Shown here in pieces: positions 1 through 10,322 of a DNA stretch of 63,723 nt (its first letter is position 1; every line of letters starts with the position of its first letter). The stretch comes from a virus (taxonomy: Duplodnaviria; Caudoviricetes). The stretch lies in IMG/VR virus record IMGVR_UViG_3300037481_000553, positions 1-63,723 of that record; one strand, 5' to 3'. The position numbers and the translations under genes were made by a program. The notes beneath the pieces were generated by a model. That model saw only the letters and a list, made by a program, of their open reading frames with translations. It was not told the origin of the DNA and made no database searches.

Positions 1-127
1 TCGTCATCGGTGAAGACCGTCGTGCCTTGCGTCTGGTTGACCGTAGCCCATTTCGTCGCGCCCGTGGCCTTCTCGTCTTCGGTCAACGTTTCGATATGTG
101 CCCAGCGCACCTGATACGGCTGCGCGG
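1..127. repeat. Terminal overlap identical to 63597-63723 (circular contig, unit length 63596 bp)
   Basis: First 127 nt match the last 127 nt exactly; the portal reading frame continues across the junction. Confidence 0.97.
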
Positions 128-1274
128 TAGCGGGGAGATAGTTGTACGCGATGAGCCGATCGACGAGCGGGCGGATCATGTACTCTTCGGCGTACCCCGT
201 CTGCCGTCCGTTGACTTGATCCTTCCAGTTGTCGCGATCTTGCGAGGACGCGAGTTCCCCCATCTCAGAGCCAGTGAGGATCCGCTTCGGGATGCCCTTC
301 GAACCAGCAATCTGCGTGAGAATCGCATCGGCCGGGTTCGAGAAGTTCGCCGTGTCGGAGCCGAGCGGCTGCACGTCGACTTTCCTCGTCTGGAGGATGC
401 GACGCATCTGATGCTGATACTCCTCGGCTTGGTCTTTCAGCGCGGTCTTCTCGTCGGGGGTGAGCGCGGCGTCCTTGTCCACCATCAAGTGCAGGCCTTG
501 ATTCGCGCGCAACCAGAACGCTTCAGCACCACCGCCCGTCACCTTGTCCAAGTCATCCAGCAGGTTCCACACGTTCTCCAGTGTGGGGATGCCGTAGACC
601 TCGTTGTCCAAGCACCCCTCGGCGATGTGGATAATGCGCGACCAGTGGACCGGCTTCTGCATCTCGGGGGACGAGATGTCCAAACGTCGTAGCTGGTACG
701 ACGTGGGGAGACCGAAACGCGGCGACGCGGTGTCTTGCTCGAACGTCTGGATGGTCGCATCCACGTAGTTCGCTCCGCTCGTTCCTCCCTGGCTCAGACC
801 CGGCCCACCACCACCCGTGAAAGGGGTCAAGAAGAGGAGCGCGTCCGGCTTCCCCGTCCCCTTCGGCAGTTCCTGATCGTACGGGCCGGCTGCGCCGATG
901 AGGAGAACGCTGTAGTTCGACAACCCCGCAAGGATGTCCGCGCGCTTCAGCACTTCCCAGACCTTCATCCGCGTCACGAGCGCGAGGAACGCCGCTTCGA
1001 ACGCGGTCTCGGTCTTCGGATCCTCGTCTTCGATCACCTCGGGTCCCCCACGCCAAGTCGCTTTCGGGAGTGCTTCGACAATGCGCTTCGCGATGCCTCC
1101 CCGCAAATACCGATCGCGATACTCCTTGTTCGTGATGATGCGGTTGTACCCGAGCACCTCGTAGAGATCGCGCTTGCCTCCGAACGTGATGCCCGCTTGC
1201 CGCATGAACTGCATGCGCTCGATCAGCACCGAAGTCGCCGCGCGCAAGGCGTACGTGTCGGCAGATTCTACCAT
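1..1274 (-). CDS. Portal protein, DUF1073-type, N-terminal part (continues at 63596..62939; ~643 aa total)
   Basis: Manual translation from ATG 1274, overlapping the TerL stop: MVESADTY...RDLYEVLGY...YLRGGIAKRIVEALPKATWRG...RFGLP...VHWSRIIH...YGIPTLENVWNLLDDLDKVTGGGAEAFW. In frame with ORF 62939..63706. Absent from the ORF track because it runs off the window end. Confidence 0.9.
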   Translation of the reverse strand, partial: MVESADTYALRAATSVLIERMQFMRQAGITFGGKRDLYEVLGYNRIITNKEYRDRYLRGGIAKRIVEALPKATWRGGPEVIEDEDPKTETAFEAAFLALVTRMKVWEVLKRADILAGLSNYSVLLIGAAGPYDQELPKGTGKPDALLFLTPFTGGGGPGLSQGGTSGANYVDATIQTFEQDTASPRFGLPTSYQLRRLDISSPEMQKPVHWSRIIHIAEGCLDNEVYGIPTLENVWNLLDDLDKVTGGGAEAFWLRANQGLHLMVDKDAALTPDEKTALKDQAEEYQHQMRRILQTRKVDVQPLGSDTANFSNPADAILTQIAGSKGIPKRILTGSEMGELASSQDRDNWKDQVNGRQTGYAEEYMIRPLVDRLIAYNYLPATAQPYQVRWAHIETLTEDEKATGATKWATVNQTQGTTVFTDD

Positions 1275-2776
1275 GTGAAGTACTCCTCTTGCGGCTCCGG
1301 CTCCAGCAACACGGCGTTGAAGGCGCATGACGACGCATCGACCCGGTCATCATGCTTGCCAGTGGGGAAGTCGCACAGTTCGCGGATGTACGCGTCGTTC
1401 CAGGGACCACGCACCAAGAAGACGTTACCACCTTCCACTTGTGCGCGCAACGGCTTACTCCGCGTGACCTTATCTCCGCTGATCTCGACGCCTTTGTAAT
1501 CGTACCCTTTGAGCAGCTTCAAGCGCGCGGCCACGACCATCTTGCCCGACGCGCCTCCTTCTTTCTCTTCGCGCTGCCCGCACGCGACGCCATCGGCGTG
1601 CGCGGTGTGCTTCATCAACGCCTCCACGCCGGCCGGCGAGAGTTGATCGCACACCACATCTTCGACGAAGAATTGGTCCTTGTGTTCGCAGATGCGGACG
1701 CCCGCGGTGAAGTCGCCTCCACCTTCGGTCGCCGCGGTATCCCACCCTCGCGCGCGACGCGCGACCTTGGGAGCCGCATCCACAAACTGAAACCACTCGC
1801 GCTTGAACAACCCTCCGCCTTCGGGAGCTGGCGATTGCTGGAGTTGTCCCGCGCTCCCGTACGGACCCAAATCGAGTTCCAGCTGACGCACGATCGCTGG
1901 GGTGAAGAGCGCCGGCCAGAGCAACTCACCTGCGTTGGTGCGGTGATCGAGGGGATCAGGCGTCCAGGTGGGGTCGTTGGCGCGTACGGTTTCGTAGCGC
2001 ATCGGCCAGCACACGTGGTACCATCCGCCACGAGCGAGGAGATGGCCGGCGAGATCGTCTTCGTGCAGACGTTGCATGACGACGATAATCGCCGTATCGC
2101 GGGTCACGCCGCGCGTCGAGATCGTGCCGTCGAACCATTCGTTCGCCGTGCCACGCTCCTGCGCGCTCCGTGCTTGTTCCGCGGTGAGCGGATCGTCGAT
2201 GATGATGCGGTCCGGATGTTCGCCGGTGCCCGGCCCACCCACGGAGGACGCAATGCGCCATCCGCCCGCGTGGTTCTTGAAGAGCGTCTTCTGGTTCTGG
2301 TCGTCGACGAGCGTCACCCCGAAGTACTGCTGATACCACGCCGACTGGATGATCGCGCGCACTTTCAAATTGTCGCGCACGGTGAGATGTCCGGAGTACG
2401 AGGCGGTCAGGTACCGCAACTCCGGTGCCGTCGCCCACTCCCACGCCGGCCAGATCACCGAAATCAGCAACGACTTCATCGTGCCGGGTGGCACGTTCAC
2501 GAGCAGACGTTTGATCTCCCCGCGCGAGACCTGTTCCAGCAGCGTGCAGAGTTCATCGATATGCCAATTCGGGACGAAGGCCTTGATGGGTTCGACGATC
2601 GGCCAGACATGTTCGAGAAACACGCGGAGCGAGCGCTGGCATAAGGCGGCATGCTGAGCGTCGGCGTCGTTCGTATTCGTATTCGGAGGGAGAAACGGCT
2701 GCATCCGCTGCAACATGCGGTCGACGACGCGCGTGTACGCGTCGGCCGGCGGTGGAGCGGTCGCTACGTGCGGCAT
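1268..2776 (-). CDS. terL: Terminase large subunit
   Basis: NVPPGTMKS Walker A, IIIDDP Walker B, MQRLHEDD motif, C-terminal nuclease RGWDTA...FPTGKHDDRVDA. Confidence 0.95.
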   Translation of the reverse strand: MPHVATAPPPADAYTRVVDRMLQRMQPFLPPNTNTNDADAQHAALCQRSLRVFLEHVWPIVEPIKAFVPNWHIDELCTLLEQVSRGEIKRLLVNVPPGTMKSLLISVIWPAWEWATAPELRYLTASYSGHLTVRDNLKVRAIIQSAWYQQYFGVTLVDDQNQKTLFKNHAGGWRIASSVGGPGTGEHPDRIIIDDPLTAEQARSAQERGTANEWFDGTISTRGVTRDTAIIVVMQRLHEDDLAGHLLARGGWYHVCWPMRYETVRANDPTWTPDPLDHRTNAGELLWPALFTPAIVRQLELDLGPYGSAGQLQQSPAPEGGGLFKREWFQFVDAAPKVARRARGWDTAATEGGGDFTAGVRICEHKDQFFVEDVVCDQLSPAGVEALMKHTAHADGVACGQREEKEGGASGKMVVAARLKLLKGYDYKGVEISGDKVTRSKPLRAQVEGGNVFLVRGPWNDAYIRELCDFPTGKHDDRVDASSCAFNAVLLEPEPQEEYFTW

Positions 2777-3435
2777 TCGACGGGCGTCGTCGTCACGGGA
2801 TCCTCATCAACGGCCACACGCGTCGTCGGCGCATTCGCTCGCGCCGACAGCGTGACCTGAATGTCCTGGTAGATGGCCGCGAAGATCGCGCGATCGGTGA
2901 CGTGCTTGCGCACGGCATCCACCAGTTTGTCGACGATGATCAAGACGCGGTCGACCGACAGCATCGACTGCGCTTGTTCGCGTCGCTTCATTTCCGAATC
3001 CATCAACATGCGGAGTTGCCCAGCGAGCTGGTCCCACTTCGGCCACTTGCCGTGTTCCGCGGCGCGTTCCATCCGCGCGAGCACCAACGAAATTTCCGCC
3101 TTCATCGTGAGCCAATCCGAATCTTCGGTGCTCTTGCGGAAGCGATCGGCGATGCCTTCTGGAAGCAGCGCGTAGCGCGACTTCCCCCCGTGTTTGTAGT
3201 TGGGCGACGCGAGGCCGATGGGCTGAGTGCCACCATGCATCCGACAGCGCGTCCGTCCGACACACGGACGGTTCGTGCAGTAGTGCGTGGGGAGCGTGCG
3301 ATTGGGAGTGCCGTCCTCGTTCTTCGGCTGGTGCAAGCGCGACCCGCAGCGTCCTTCAATGGGCGCAGTGCTCCCCGCACGTGAGCGATTCGCGCGCAGT
3401 GTGGAAGAGCGAGCAGGATGCGTGAGGGTGCGCAT
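2764..3435 (-). CDS. terS: Probable terminase small subunit (HGGxSTG-like N-terminus)
   Basis: RCG...C...RCRMHGG and NYKHG..SRY motifs; directly upstream of and overlapping terL. Confidence 0.7.
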   Translation of the reverse strand: MRTLTHPARSSTLRANRSRAGSTAPIEGRCGSRLHQPKNEDGTPNRTLPTHYCTNRPCVGRTRCRMHGGTQPIGLASPNYKHGGKSRYALLPEGIADRFRKSTEDSDWLTMKAEISLVLARMERAAEHGKWPKWDQLAGQLRMLMDSEMKRREQAQSMLSVDRVLIIVDKLVDAVRKHVTDRAIFAAIYQDIQVTLSARANAPTTRVAVDEDPVTTTPVECRT

Positions 3436-4844
3436 GTCGTATGTGATTATCGCGAATTGACCCTGGTCTCCCCCCGACTCCTTTTCCGTTTTTCACGCGG
3501 CCGAAACGACGCGAACCCATGTGCGGACCTCACAGATTCGACGCCGACCCTCATCCCAGCTCAATCTCGCACCCCCCTGGGGTGGGTCAAGCACCCCCCC
3601 CTCTCCGTCTCTTTGTTTTTATTTTATTTTTATACTTATGATTTTTAATACCATCCTAGCTCACAGTAGGAGGGGGGTCTCACCCCCCTCAAAAGGGGTA
3701 CCTACCCCACGGGGGTGCCGGTTTGAGCTAGGAGACCCTCAAACACGAAACCTGTGAGGTCCGCCCATGAGTTTGCGTGGTTTCTCCCTAAGAGACAAAA
3801 CGATGTTTGCTAGCATTCCGCACGTAGCCAGCTATAATCCTCCTCCTCCATGGTTTCCCGAGCGCACGACACTGACCTCCGCGCGACCGCACCCCCCGTT
3901 TCGGTCGCACCCCCCTAATTGTCAGTGGCTCAAGAAAGGAGGGGGGTCTCACCCCCTCACACCCCCTATTTCTTCCCACCGCGCGACGGATGACCACCCC
4001 CCCTCAAAACAGGGGGGGGGTGCCGCGGGACGCGGTTGCGTTCCAAGGAAGAAACGGAGCCATGCGGTACAGGGACCGTTTCTCGCCATCTCAGACCCTC
4101 CCTGCGCCTGCACGATTTCATTCTCGCCACGCCAGGCCTCTCATTCTCCCGTGAAGGCGACCTCATGGCCTGTCTCGTTCAAAATCGACACGTACGGCTG
4201 AGGTGCGTTTGGTCAATTCCGCACATTATTTTACCCCCGTGTACGATTGTGTGTAACTCCCACGCCTCCTATGACTTACCACGACGTGTTTTCTCCCTGA
4301 CCGACCGTTTCTGCGGGGGGAAGAAGGAACGCGCGCACACGAGGCCTCACAATGGGGATACGTTCGACGCTCATTGACAAGCACATACGGCGCTTCGGGA
4401 AGGGGGAGGGACCCCAGCGCGAGTCGCGCAGCAGCCGGGCGGTGGCGAGCCGGTGGCGATAGGCGACAAGGCACCACGCAAGCGACTGGGCCGGACCGAA
4501 GAACGACGCGCCGTATGGAACATGCCAGGCGGACCATACAGACGATGACCGCCCGGCGCTGTGGCCACCAGCACGACCACTGGCCGAAGACCTCCACGAA
4601 GCGAATCGAGGACGCGGTCCGAAAGACCCGAAAGCCGTCACGCGGCGTCCCCTCGTGCACACCAGCCCACGCAGGCTGGCCAGTAGTGGAAGGCGACCAC
4701 GCAAGAACCACTCACTCAACGGGAGAGAGGGGTGCGATGCGGCTGGAATGCCGCGCGCACCTGAACCCCCCCGCGCACCTCGCGCGGCTGGTCTCAAGGC
4801 CAGACACCACACCACACCACACCACACACACAAGGAGACATGAC
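3436..4844. promoter_or_regulatory. Large divergent non-coding control region (candidate origin, pac site or promoters)
   Basis: Lies between divergent late and early operons. T-rich tract at ~3612-3650; 20-bp repeat aggaggggggtctcaccccc at 3668 and 3937; many C/G homopolymer runs; TATAAT at 3833. Confidence 0.5.
4254..4278. promoter_or_regulatory. 25-bp imperfect palindrome TAACT-N15-ACTTA (site family copy 1)
   Basis: taactcccacgcctcctatgactta; same geometry at 9875, 27260 and 45908. Confidence 0.45.
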
Positions 4845-5324
4845 ATGAGAAAACGACGCACCGGCGACGCCCGTATGGTTGATGTGTACGACACCAGCGG
4901 TTGCACACACCTCCTGATGTCCTGCCCGCTCTCCGTCGTCCGCTCGCTCTTCGACCTCGCGCCCGCGGCGATGGAGCGACTCGATGCGCTCTTCACCCCC
5001 GGAGCCGGCATCTTCGTCGTGGATTTCTGCTTCAACCACCGCACGACGCCGCTCGGCTTCAACTGGCTGTACTTCAAGCGCGGCGACATCAAGGTCACAC
5101 GGCTCGTGCAAATCACCTCGGTCGACATGAACGGATTCTGCGGCCGCGACCTGCATCCCGACGACCGGAAAGACATCGGCCGGGTGATGGTCGTGGACAA
5201 AGTGGAATTCTGCGACGACGAAGAAGGCAACGACGAATTCGACGCCGTCTGCTTCACGTGCCACGACATCGAACATCCCGACTACAAGCTGGAACTCATG
5301 GACCACGAAATCGACGCGGTGTAG
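4845..5324 (+). CDS. Hypothetical early protein
   Basis: AAGGAG RBS at 4832 before ATG 4845; phage-like codon usage only in the 3' half of ORF 4374..5324. Confidence 0.75.
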   Translation: MRKRRTGDARMVDVYDTSGCTHLLMSCPLSVVRSLFDLAPAAMERLDALFTPGAGIFVVDFCFNHRTTPLGFNWLYFKRGDIKVTRLVQITSVDMNGFCGRDLHPDDRKDIGRVMVVDKVEFCDDEEGNDEFDAVCFTCHDIEHPDYKLELMDHEIDAV

Positions 5325-5416
5325 CGATTGCGGGGAGGCGGCGACGCGGGTCGCCGTCCTCCCGGAGTCAACACCGACACCACCCACCACTCATCATCAC
5401 CACAGGAGCACAGACC

Positions 5417-5977
5417 ATGCCGAAAGTCACCTTCGTCAAGAAAGCGCGCAAGGCCATCCCCGATGCCGGCATCCAAGCGGGCGACGCCTACTACTGGTGG
5501 AAATTCCGCTTCGGCGGCATCCACCGCTCGCTCACGCCACCGAAGCCGAGCCAACTCACGCAGTCGACCTTCCTCTCCACCGTGCTCGGACTGCAGGAGC
5601 AGGCCGAAGACATCACCTCCCGGCTGCGCAACGGCGACCTGACCTGCAGCGACGCGGAGAGCGACCTCTCCAACCTCGCCGACGAACTCCGGAGCGCGGG
5701 CGATGACGCGCAGTCGTCGCTCGACAACATGCCCGAAGGCTTGCAGCAAGGCGACACCGGACAGCTGCTCCAGGAGCGCGCGGACCAGGCCGAAACGACC
5801 GCCGACGAACTGGAGAACATCGACGTACCAGACGACGACACCATCGACGACGACGACTGCGACTTCCCCGCGGACGCCACCGACGAGCAGAAGGAAGACG
5901 CGCGCGAGGCGAAGCGGCAGGAACTGCGCGAGACCATGGCCGACGACATCGACGGCATCGACTGGAGTTTCTCGTAA
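5417..5977 (+). CDS. Hypothetical protein, acidic coiled-coil C-terminus
   Basis: AGGAG RBS; MPKVTFVKKARK...GDAYYWWKFRFGG. Confidence 0.8.
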   Translation: MPKVTFVKKARKAIPDAGIQAGDAYYWWKFRFGGIHRSLTPPKPSQLTQSTFLSTVLGLQEQAEDITSRLRNGDLTCSDAESDLSNLADELRSAGDDAQSSLDNMPEGLQQGDTGQLLQERADQAETTADELENIDVPDDDTIDDDDCDFPADATDEQKEDAREAKRQELRETMADDIDGIDWSFS

Positions 5978-6025
5978 CCCAACACCCGTTCACCCAACAC
6001 CCAACATCCAACACCAGCAGGAGAC

Positions 6026-6679
6026 ATGACCATGACCACCAAGACCCCGAAGCTCACCCCCGCAGAGAAGAAGGCACTCCTCGAAGCCGAAAGCGCCCGC
6101 AAGCGCCAGGCCGAGAAAGCCAAGCAGACCCGCGAGCGGCTCGTGCGGCTGCAGACCTTCCGCAACCTCGACACGCTGCCCTACTCGACGCTCGACGACC
6201 TCGGCTTCATGCTCCGCGACCTGCTGCGCAAGATGCTCGACGCCCAGCGCTACTGCGTCCAGTACGCCGAGCAGCTGCGCAAGCGCTGCGAAGAAGTCGC
6301 CACGAACGTCGCGGCCGGCGGGACGGGATTCTACACGAACCCGATGGACAACGGCGATGCGGCTAGCAGCTACGCCAAGTACCTCACGCTCCGCGAACTC
6401 GGACCGGACACCTTCTACGCGGCCGGCTACTACACGATGAAAATCGTCACCATGCTCGGCGTCGCCGCGGAAGCCGAGACCTCGCGGCTCTTCTCGGTGC
6501 GCGATGCGGGCAGCGAAGGCTACGCCATCGCCAATGGCGACGTCTGGGGCGTCGAGCGCTACGCCTCTGAGGATGCCGCCTGGGTCGCGCTCGACGAGCA
6601 GTGGACCGCGGCCAGGAACACCCGTCGCGAAGCGCTCGTGACGCTGTGGAACGCCGCGGTCGGCACGGAGGTGGCGTGA
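6026..6679 (+). CDS. Hypothetical protein
   Basis: GGAG RBS, coherent codon bias. Confidence 0.8.
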   Translation: MTMTTKTPKLTPAEKKALLEAESARKRQAEKAKQTRERLVRLQTFRNLDTLPYSTLDDLGFMLRDLLRKMLDAQRYCVQYAEQLRKRCEEVATNVAAGGTGFYTNPMDNGDAASSYAKYLTLRELGPDTFYAAGYYTMKIVTMLGVAAEAETSRLFSVRDAGSEGYAIANGDVWGVERYASEDAAWVALDEQWTAARNTRREALVTLWNAAVGTEVA

Positions 6680-6759
6680 AGACGCGCATCGCCGGCCCGT
6701 TCTTCTTGGGGATGCTGCTCGGCGGCATCCTCGCCTTTCTTCTGACCTTCGGATTCTAG
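6676..6759 (+). CDS. Putative 27-aa single-TM membrane peptide
   Basis: GTGA overlap with upstream stop, GGAGG RBS; MKTRIAGPFFLGMLLGGILAFLLTFGF. Confidence 0.55.
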   Translation: MKTRIAGPFFLGMLLGGILAFLLTFGF

Positions 6760-6769
6760 GAGACAGAAC

Positions 6770-7471
6770 ATGACCAGCAAGACGACGCTCCGCCCGGTGC
6801 TCTCAGACGCCACCTTCGCCAACCTCGCGACCGGGGACCGCTTCCAGTGGCCGGGCATCGAAGGCATCGAGGCCAACACCTACAAGAAGCTCTCGCCGCG
6901 TCGCGCCATCCTCGTGTTCTCGGAGAAGATGCGCGACCTGACCGGCGTCGTCCCCTTCGCCATGAAGCCGACGCAAGGCGTTAAGAGCTTCGTGCACTGC
7001 GACGAGTGCGGGAGCAACCTGGAAGTCAACGCCCACGGCTCCATCGGCTGCGTGCATTGCCATTCCATCGGCTGCTCGGGTTGCGCGCACCCGGAGGAAA
7101 AGGACCTCGACCCCACGCTCAACGACGCCATCGCCGAGGTCGTGCGCACCACGTGGCACGGTGACGACGCCACCCTCGACACCCTGCACCGCTACTTCCA
7201 CGGCCCGCGGACATGCGAGGAATTCGACGCGCTCGACGCGACCACCAGGCAGCAGGTCAAAGACGTGCGCACGATTATTCGCACGCTGAAAGACCGCACG
7301 CAGACCGACCACTGCGAACGGCTCCGCACGTTCCTCCAGAGCGTGGCGACGCAAGCGGTCGACGCACAGAACGCCATCGGGAACACCGACGCGGTCGAGG
7401 ACATCCTCGCCTACATCGAAAAAGACCTCAAGCGCGCGGCTGCGCACAACGCCGCGCTTCGCACCTTCTGA
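6770..7471 (+). CDS. Hypothetical protein with Cys/His cluster (possible Zn finger)
   Basis: AGGAG RBS; CDEC...CVHC...CSGC. Confidence 0.75.
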   Translation: MTSKTTLRPVLSDATFANLATGDRFQWPGIEGIEANTYKKLSPRRAILVFSEKMRDLTGVVPFAMKPTQGVKSFVHCDECGSNLEVNAHGSIGCVHCHSIGCSGCAHPEEKDLDPTLNDAIAEVVRTTWHGDDATLDTLHRYFHGPRTCEEFDALDATTRQQVKDVRTIIRTLKDRTQTDHCERLRTFLQSVATQAVDAQNAIGNTDAVEDILAYIEKDLKRAAAHNAALRTF

Positions 7472-7485
7472 CCAGGAGACCTGAC

Positions 7486-7833
7486 ATGAAGAACCGCGGG
7501 CGGAGGCAACATCGTCCGCGTGTCACTCGCCACGCAAGCGGACTACGGGAGTGGCGACCCGGCGTATGCCACCGACTTCCCGCGCGCCATCGACCCGAGG
7601 GATTGACTATGGACGGACCGACCTCACTCCAGGAGCTGCTCGAACGCATCCGCCTCCTCAGCGGCAAGGCGGAGACCATCGAAATCGAGTTCTTCGGTCA
7701 CGCAGAGCGCGACGATTTGTCGAGGCTGCTCGTGACCTATCCCGACGGCCAGCAGGCGGAGATTCTCGTCATCAGCAAGGACATCGCCGACGAGATTCGC
7801 GCGCTGGACCAGACCACCACCACCATTCACTGA
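7486..7833 (+). CDS. Hypothetical protein (alternative start 7609)
   Basis: AGGAG RBS before ATG 7486. Confidence 0.6.
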   Translation: MKNRGRRQHRPRVTRHASGLREWRPGVCHRLPARHRPEGLTMDGPTSLQELLERIRLLSGKAETIEIEFFGHAERDDLSRLLVTYPDGQQAEILVISKDIADEIRALDQTTTTIH

Positions 7834-7845
7834 AGGAGACATGAC

Positions 7846-8487
7846 ATGAAGCGCGCACGCAAACCCCGACCCCTCACGTTGCTCCAGAAGCGCACGTTCC
7901 TCGCGGCCATCCCCGTGCCTCCGGGCATGCTCGCGTCGTTCCACGACGAGCAGCAGGACCGCTGGAACACGAAAGCGCAGAAGACCCTGCCCGAGCCGGT
8001 GCCCACGGCCATCTTCGCCGGCGACGGGGTGACCATCCGCATCGAGATGAACGGCAACGGCGATTACATGCACGGCTGCGGGCACACGAACTTCACCACT
8101 TGCCACGGCGAGCGCACTTACGACCGCACCGGCGTCGACGACAGCTTCTACGTGCACGCGGCATGGCTCAAGACGCCCGCGGAGACGCCGGAGCAGGTGG
8201 GCGCGACGCTCCTGGAGCAGTTGGCGCGCGTCGCCAAGTCGCGCGAACACGCCAAGCAATCGGTCATCGTGCCTGGTCTCGGCTACTCCGTCACGCCGGA
8301 GCAGCGCGCCAAGTACACGGCCGACCTCATCGCCGGTCACGCCGTCCGGTTCACCCCGTCCGGCTTCGGCACGGGCTACAGCCTCACCATCCTTCGGCGG
8401 TCGCGCTGGGACAAAGCCGCGAAGCCGGAGACGGCCGCGTTCTTCGGGGTCCGTGCGCTCTTCATCGAAACCTTGGACTGCGACTGA
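7846..8487 (+). CDS. Hypothetical protein
   Basis: AAGGAG RBS, codon bias. Confidence 0.8.
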   Translation: MKRARKPRPLTLLQKRTFLAAIPVPPGMLASFHDEQQDRWNTKAQKTLPEPVPTAIFAGDGVTIRIEMNGNGDYMHGCGHTNFTTCHGERTYDRTGVDDSFYVHAAWLKTPAETPEQVGATLLEQLARVAKSREHAKQSVIVPGLGYSVTPEQRAKYTADLIAGHAVRFTPSGFGTGYSLTILRRSRWDKAAKPETAAFFGVRALFIETLDCD

Positions 8488-8777
8488 TGAGATATGACAT
8501 GGCAACGAAACGATGGAACGCGCACCTGGAGCGATTGCCCGGAGGCAATCAGGTCGTATTGCAGTTCTACCTGATGACGGTGCGCATTCCTCAGGTCGAA
8601 TGGCAACGCATCACGGACGAATTGTTCCCCCAGAGCGAGGCTCCGGTATCGCGATGGGACGTCGGCCAATACGCCGACGTGCAATCACTCAACTGGCCGC
8701 GTCCTTGCGGACGCTGCGGCCAGTGGCACACGACCGACATTGCACGTGCGGCATGCAGCCGCAAGGAGGACCTGTGA
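8487..8777 (+). CDS. Hypothetical protein
   Basis: TGATG coupling to upstream gene; C-terminal CGRC. Confidence 0.55.
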   Translation: MRYDMATKRWNAHLERLPGGNQVVLQFYLMTVRIPQVEWQRITDELFPQSEAPVSRWDVGQYADVQSLNWPRPCGRCGQWHTTDIARAACSRKEDL

Positions 8778-9043
8778 AACTCTACCCGGATTGCAGTTGC
8801 GGCCACCTGGAGACGATGCATCGCCGGATGCGCAACTACTCGCGCGCCTGCAAGTCGCATGGCTGTGGCTGCGACGACTACGACCCCCGTGTGACGTGCG
8901 CGGGGTGCGGGTCCACGACGAACACCGCCGAGTGGATCAAGGCGCGCGGTGAAGCCGCACCGCAGGAGTTCTGCGAGACGTGCCGCACCGTGCCCGGACA
9001 CGCGTTCCTCGCCCGGCCACGCACGCTGGAGACACGACGATGA
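8774..9043 (+). CDS. Cys-rich putative Zn-binding protein
   Basis: AGGAGG RBS, GTG start; CSCGH..H..C..CGC, CAGC and CETC motifs. Confidence 0.65.
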   Translation: MKLYPDCSCGHLETMHRRMRNYSRACKSHGCGCDDYDPRVTCAGCGSTTNTAEWIKARGEAAPQEFCETCRTVPGHAFLARPRTLETRR

Positions 9044-9231
9044 CGCTCCGCTTCGTCCTCGAAATCGAAACCGGCCGGCACGAGGGTCACGCTTGGGAAG
9101 TGAACCGCGTCGCCGGTCCGCCCATCAACCCAGCGGACGTGACGATTGGCGAACTCGACTCGCTCGCGGCCACGTCGATGCTCCTCACGCGGCTCCTCGG
9201 CCGCAACGTCCGCATCGTCCAGGAAGGGTGA
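9040..9231 (+). CDS. Hypothetical protein
   Basis: ATGA coupling, GGAG RBS. Confidence 0.6.
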   Translation: MTLRFVLEIETGRHEGHAWEVNRVAGPPINPADVTIGELDSLAATSMLLTRLLGRNVRIVQEG

Positions 9232-9232
9232 C

Positions 9233-9703
9233 ATGACAGAACCCAACAACATGCCCGACTCGTTCGACCGCACACTCGGTTCTCTCGAAGGCTTGCCCGA
9301 CGTGGTGCAGGTGAAAGCGACGACGGTCCGCGTGACCACCCCGCTACTGGGCAAGGCGCAGACATTCATCGTGCAGACGATTCGTCAGCGCGACGTCGGC
9401 GACTTCGTGTTCCTCGAATACGTCGACGCGGAGGGGTCGACGCGGATGGTGATTCCGCCGAAGGTGACCGAGGTCATCGCCAGGCACCGCGACGCCATCG
9501 GCGCGCGGATTCGATCGCGCGCAGCCAAGGCGAAAGCCGCGGACCGCAAGGCGCGCGGACTCAAGCCTGGATACATGATGTCGCCGGCCGCAGAACGCCG
9601 GGCGACGGTGCTCGTGACCGATGGGTCGCTCCGGGTCACGAAGGGTCGGAAGAAGAAGCGCGCCAGCCGGCGAGACGACTCCCCCTTCCACCCCGGAGGG
9701 TAG
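9233..9703 (+). CDS. Hypothetical protein, basic C-terminus
   Basis: Tight packing after the previous gene; codon bias. Confidence 0.7.
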   Translation: MTEPNNMPDSFDRTLGSLEGLPDVVQVKATTVRVTTPLLGKAQTFIVQTIRQRDVGDFVFLEYVDAEGSTRMVIPPKVTEVIARHRDAIGARIRSRAAKAKAADRKARGLKPGYMMSPAAERRATVLVTDGSLRVTKGRKKKRASRRDDSPFHPGG

Positions 9704-9719
9704 GCGACCACCAGGGCGA
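9701..9719 (+). repeat. 19-bp direct repeat starting at a stop codon (second copy 12679-12697)
   Basis: taggcgaccaccagggcga identical at both places, each beginning with the TAG of the upstream gene. Confidence 0.8.
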
Positions 9720-9874
9720 GCCGGGTGTGGACCCCTTCCGCTGGGGTCCCCTCGGCTCCCGGCTCGCTCCACGGGTCGCTGGCGTGGGCTGGGAAGGCGT
9801 CCAGGACCGAGCGGTCCCTTGCCGGCTGGAACGCTCCGGTGCGGTCTCTTCCGCTCAGTATCGGTCACAAGCCG

Positions 9875-9899
9875 CAACCCTAGGATTATCATTCGGTTG
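9875..9899. promoter_or_regulatory. 25-bp palindrome CAACC-N15-GGTTG (site family copy 2), overlapping a possible sigma70-like promoter TTGCAA-N18-TACGAT (9897-9926)
   Basis: gcaacc ctaggattatcattc ggttgc in an AT-richer intergenic gap. Confidence 0.45.
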
Positions 9900-10094
9900 C
9901 AAAGAAAGAGAGGTTGAGCTTACGATTTTGCGTGCTTCAGGGTCCGACTTCGGGCATAATGATGGTCCCCCGAGGGACCGATGGCAAGAAAGACGAGACA
10001 GGACATGGACAGAATGAGAGAACGGTTGCGAGAAATGATGCTAGACATGACCAGACTGGACCCGGCCTGCACCGCTTCCACCGCGTAACGTCCC

Positions 10095-10322
10095 ATGACG
10101 TTCCGCCACCGGACCCGCGCGGCGTTGCGCAGCCGTCCCGTACAGCTCGCGCTGTCGTTTCCGACCTCTGTGCCCGACCCGGCGTACAAAGCCGCGTTGG
10201 TCGCGCAGATTGCCCGCGACATGGCCACACTGCGCATGCCGCGGGACTTCCATCAGCCCAGCACCGCGTTCTACGAAGAACGCATGACCATGTATCGCGA
10301 AGCGTGCCGGAGGTGCGCATGA
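10095..10322 (+). CDS. Hypothetical protein
   Basis: Short ORF coupled by ATGA to the next gene. Confidence 0.5.
   Translation: MTFRHRTRAALRSRPVQLALSFPTSVPDPAYKAALVAQIARDMATLRMPRDFHQPSTAFYEERMTMYREACRRCA

Noticed and set aside
1-1274. Calling the DUF1073 protein an anti-CBASS nuclease (Acb1)
   Set aside because: Position after terL, size and motifs indicate a portal; no 2H-phosphoesterase HxT pair was recognised in the C-terminal extension.
4374-4844. 5' extension of ORF 4374..5324 and a TTGACA at 4374 as a promoter
   Set aside because: The upstream part is Arg-rich and non-coding-like, the good RBS is at 4832, and there is no matching -10 at the proper spacing.
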